A program made the translations under genes and the position numbers. Positions 9,317 through 12,152 of a stretch of 12,152 nucleotides of DNA are shown piece by piece (the first letter of the stretch is position 1; each line of letters starts with the position of its first letter). The stretch is from Azolla caroliniana (taxonomy: Eukaryota; Plantae; Polypodiophyta): positions 1-12,152 of the forward strand of contig JBHGNT010001093.1 in NCBI GenBank assembly GCA_043228905.1, read 5' to 3'. The notes beneath the pieces are model-generated. The model saw only the letters and a program-made list of their open reading frames with translations. It had not been told where the DNA came from and did no database searches.

Positions 9317-9412
9317 TGTTACCGATTAGGAACATGGTCTATGGTCAGTCCTTCGACCTAGACCTCAAAGTGACTACATTGCAATGAATGGTACCCTCAT
9401 ACCGTAATACGT
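9317..9412 (-). repeat. U5-end fragment of the 5' LTR of element A
   Basis: 89/96 identical to 456-551; homology stops exactly where TGTCGCG starts at 9413. Confidence 0.96.
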
Positions 9413-9571
9413 TGTCGCGGAATTCCGCGCCTGCGAGTCGGTCAAACGGGACCACCGGGGTCTTTGACCAAGGACGATGGATCAGGTGACTTGTGCTTGT
9501 TAGGAGTCGACCGTTGTTTAGGTTTACAATTGGGTCGTTCTTGTTGTCGAAGATGCTTGTGTGGGTTGACT

Positions 9572-9597
9572 GAGAGAAAGAGAGAGAGAGAGAGAGA
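9572..9597. repeat. Imperfect (GA)n microsatellite in LTR B
   Basis: gagagaaa followed by (ga)9 at 9580-9597. Confidence 0.93.
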
Positions 9598-9942
9598 ATA
9601 AAGAGATTGTGAAAATATTTACCGCACCACAAAGATGTCGTGAAGCACGCTACACATGTGCCAAACGTTGCGATGTGTGCGTTACACGTGCGCAGACAAG
9701 CACTGGCCTCTATCCGCAAGTGGTGATGGAAGAGCGAAAGGATCGTTGAAGACAATGGAACGGTGGAAGGATTAGTGCTTGCGAGAAGTATTAAAGATAG
9801 ATATGGTCGAGAATCCCAGCTCCTGGTTTAAACTTTTGACTTCAAAGTTGAGATACAAGACACATTGCTAATGAGATAACTAGGATTTATTAATTATTAT
9901 TGATTGCATACATTACTTGATTTCCTTTCCCTTCCTCTCCTT

Positions 9943-9951
9943 CTTATATAG
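9943..9951 (-). promoter_or_regulatory. Putative TATA box in LTR B
   Basis: Minus strand CTATATAAG, same orientation as pol, ~50 bp upstream of AATAAA. Confidence 0.65.
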
Positions 9952-10007
9952 ATGTCCCCATGAATATGTGCATGTGAGGGTGTAGTACATGCATACAATG
10001 CATGAAA

Positions 10008-10053
10008 TGCATGTGATGCATGAACACCAAATGGCAATCATGCATCACATGCA
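10008..10053. repeat. Perfect 16-bp inverted repeat with 14-nt spacer
   Basis: TGCATGTGATGCATGA (10008-10023) / TCATGCATCACATGCA (10038-10053). Confidence 0.93.
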
Positions 10054-10361
10054 ATGCATGATGACCATGTACCTCAACCAAGCTCTCATGTACCAATAGT
10101 TCGTGTGAAAAGTACAATGAAGAAAACAAGTTTTAAAGGAAATAACCTAGTCTAATGGTATGTCAATTGCCTGCTATCTTAGAGCTGTAAGGTTCAAACC
10201 CTTACTTGTACCTCAACACCTAAACACACATTACACGTGCACATTCATGTGTTTGACATACACATCTAACCATCACTCCTTTCATACGTGTGCATATTGC
10301 ATCTTCTTGATTTCCCTCGTTCCACGCGATTTTCACACTGTTGCCGAAAATCTTCACGACA

Positions 10362-10373
10362 TCCACCCCCACC
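10362..10373 (-). other. Polypurine tract of element B
   Basis: Minus GGTGGGGGTGGA immediately before the LTR start TGTCGTG, ~60 bp after the integrase stop. Confidence 0.82.
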
Positions 10374-10431
10374 AAACCGCACGTCCTCCGGTACATGCCA
10401 AGAAGTGAGTGTGAGATTTTGGCTACGGTGA

Positions 10432-12152
10432 TCAATCAATTTCCTCGATGGCCTCATCAACCTCGCTCACATTTGTGGATGCCGTCGTACTATCTTCATT
10501 GTTGAGGTCATCCAGGTTACGATCCTCATCTTGTCTTTTCTTGAATATCTTTACTCTTTTCCCCGCAATGGGTATGGCCAGCCTTGATCCGTTTAGCTCT
10601 GCGAGGTGGTAGGTGGCGTTGTCGTTGGCACTCATCACCACATACGATCCGAACCACCTTCTTGCGAACTTCCTTGTCGTCCTGTGTTGGTTCCCCAGGT
10701 TGTTGTCATAGACCAATACCCAATCTCCTTCTTTGATCTTCTTGGGACGCAGTCGGTGTGTATTATCAAACCAAATCTTATTCTTCACGCGGGTTGTCTC
10801 CATTATCTTTCACGCACTCTCTAGGTCTTCGGGTCTTCTTTCGAGTTGTCTGATTCATGCCGCCAATAATTCTTCCCAACTCATCTCATTCTCCCATGGT
10901 ATTGCTACCCATGAGGCGATCGTCCTCTCGATGGGCATTACTGGTTTCTGTCCATACATGAGCTCTGCTGGCATATAGCCTGTCACGGAACTGTGGAAGT
11001 TCTATTAGCCCACAATGCATAGGGCAATAATCGCGGCCAATTCCCAACTCGACCATCACATGCTTGTACGATGGCTTTGACTATTGGTCCATGCCCTCGG
11101 TCAATCTTCCCATTTGCTTCCGGATTATAGGTAGTTGTGAGGGAGAGGTTTACGCCTAGTCGCTCAAAGAGCTCCATTGCTTCATGTGCATCTAGCTCTC
11201 CTCGGTCGACCACTATCTTTCCCACACATCCATATCGGCAGACAACCTCTTCGAGAAGAAATTTGCATATGGCTGTCGTTGTCTTATTTGCTAAGGCTCG
11301 TCCATCTACTTGGTTTGTTAGGTCTTCCCTCGCTAGTACCAAGTACTTCATCTGTCCCACTCCCATTGGCATCGAGACCAGATCCACCATCCATTTAAAG
11401 TGTATGGTGAGTGGGTATATTGGTCGCAACCCATCACAGTGACGTATGTTCGAATGTACTTGACAACTTTCGCATGTGGACATGAAATGTAGTACATCTT
11501 TATACATGCTCGGCCACCAATACTTTTCCTTTAGCTTTTCAAACGTTGCCCACGTTCCTCTATGACTTGCCCATGGACTTTTGTGGAATTCAGACATCAA
11601 TGTTGTTTGGTCATCTTTCTTCACCACTACTCGTTGTGGCATCCCGATCCTTCTCTTTGGATGCCGCTAGAGGAATCCTCCCTTCAGAAAGTATTTCTAA
11701 GATTTCTTTCGTATTTGTAGAGCCTCCTCCTTCGTCCATGAAGCATATGCCATCATCATTCTCAAGAATCTACCGATTAGTAACCACTCCCCTTCATACT
11801 CGTTCTCGTTGAAAGCGTGGAGGGTTGGTGGGCCTCTGTCTTTTGCCGACAGTTGGGCTGCCTTAAAGAAGTCGAGGGCGACGTTTTTGTCTTCTGAAAC
11901 CATGTCAGTTTCATCCTCGAATCTTGTTCTTGACAGCATATCAGCCATGGCATTCTTCTTCCCAGCAATGTGGCGGATTTCCGAGTTCAAAGACTTTATA
12001 TAAGTGATCCACCTTAACATAGCCAGATCTGGTGTCGCACATCCGGAGATCATCCCAAGGATTGGGAGGCAATCCGTTTCAATTACCACCTCTGACCCGA
12101 TCAGGTAGTCCAGGCTTGTCTACTTTTACTACAGACACGATACCCCAAAGTT
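10432..12152 (-). pseudogene. pol: pol of element B (RNase H C-terminal part and integrase), disrupted, 5'-truncated by the window
   Basis: IETDCLP...RHIAGKKNAMADMLSR (RNase H); FHKSPWASHRG...CESCQ (HHCC); WMVDLV, VVDRGE, YNPEANGKIDRGH (core); RRWFGSY...IAGKRVKIF (GPY/F-type). In-frame stops at ~11667 and 11697, frameshift at ~10995, further stops at ~10813 and ~10855. Confidence 0.95.

Larger units (their letters stand above)
456..9412 (-). mobile_element. Element A: degenerate non-chromovirus Ty3/gypsy LTR retrotransposon (Athila/Tat-like pol) with a 3' extra ORF; 5' LTR interrupted
   Basis: Direct LTR repeat 456-551 vs 9317-9412, PBS, gag-PR-RT-RH-INT domain order, no chromodomain after the integrase, candidate 5-bp TSD ACAGA at 451-455 (partner outside the window). 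Confidence 0.95.
9413..10361 (-). repeat. 3' LTR of element B (949 bp)
   Basis: Minus-strand termini TGTCGTG...CGCGACA. One end abuts the PPT and the other is the exact breakpoint in LTR A. Contains a TATA box and an AATAAA (9886-9891, minus). The second copy is not in the window. Confidence 0.85.
9413..12152 (-). mobile_element. Element B: second Ty3/gypsy family nested in A's 5' LTR (3' part only, continues beyond the window)
   Basis: RNase H then integrase order, PPT, LTR with TG...CA ends, candidate TSD TACGT at 9408-9412. Confidence 0.94.

Noticed and set aside
9944-10129. His/Met-rich 61-aa ORF as a metal-binding peptide
   Set aside because: Translation artefact of the CATG-rich LTR segment.

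Overview
This is eukaryotic, plant-like repetitive DNA (a bryophyte host is my guess, not shown) made of three nested, decayed Ty3/gypsy LTR-retrotransposon layers, all on the minus strand. (1) Element A (456-9412) has a 3' LTR at 456-925 and a disrupted ~865-codon extra ORF (3568->973). Its disrupted gag-PR-RT-RNaseH-INT polyprotein runs 9028->3966, followed by a tRNA-Arg-type PBS (9299-9312) and 96 bp of the 5' LTR (9317-9412). (2) Element B (9413 to beyond the window end) is a different gypsy family inserted into A's 5' LTR; its 949-bp 3' LTR, PPT, integrase and RNaseH are visible. (3) The left flank (~243-455) is a diverged homologue of A's own extra ORF, so A landed in a relative. The most unusual observation is that A has no polypurine tract abutting its 3' LTR. 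Instead it has a tRNA-3'-end mimic (928-968) that is complementary to its own PBS, i.e. an inverted second PBS, which may reflect a non-canonical priming mechanism. No intact host gene is present.
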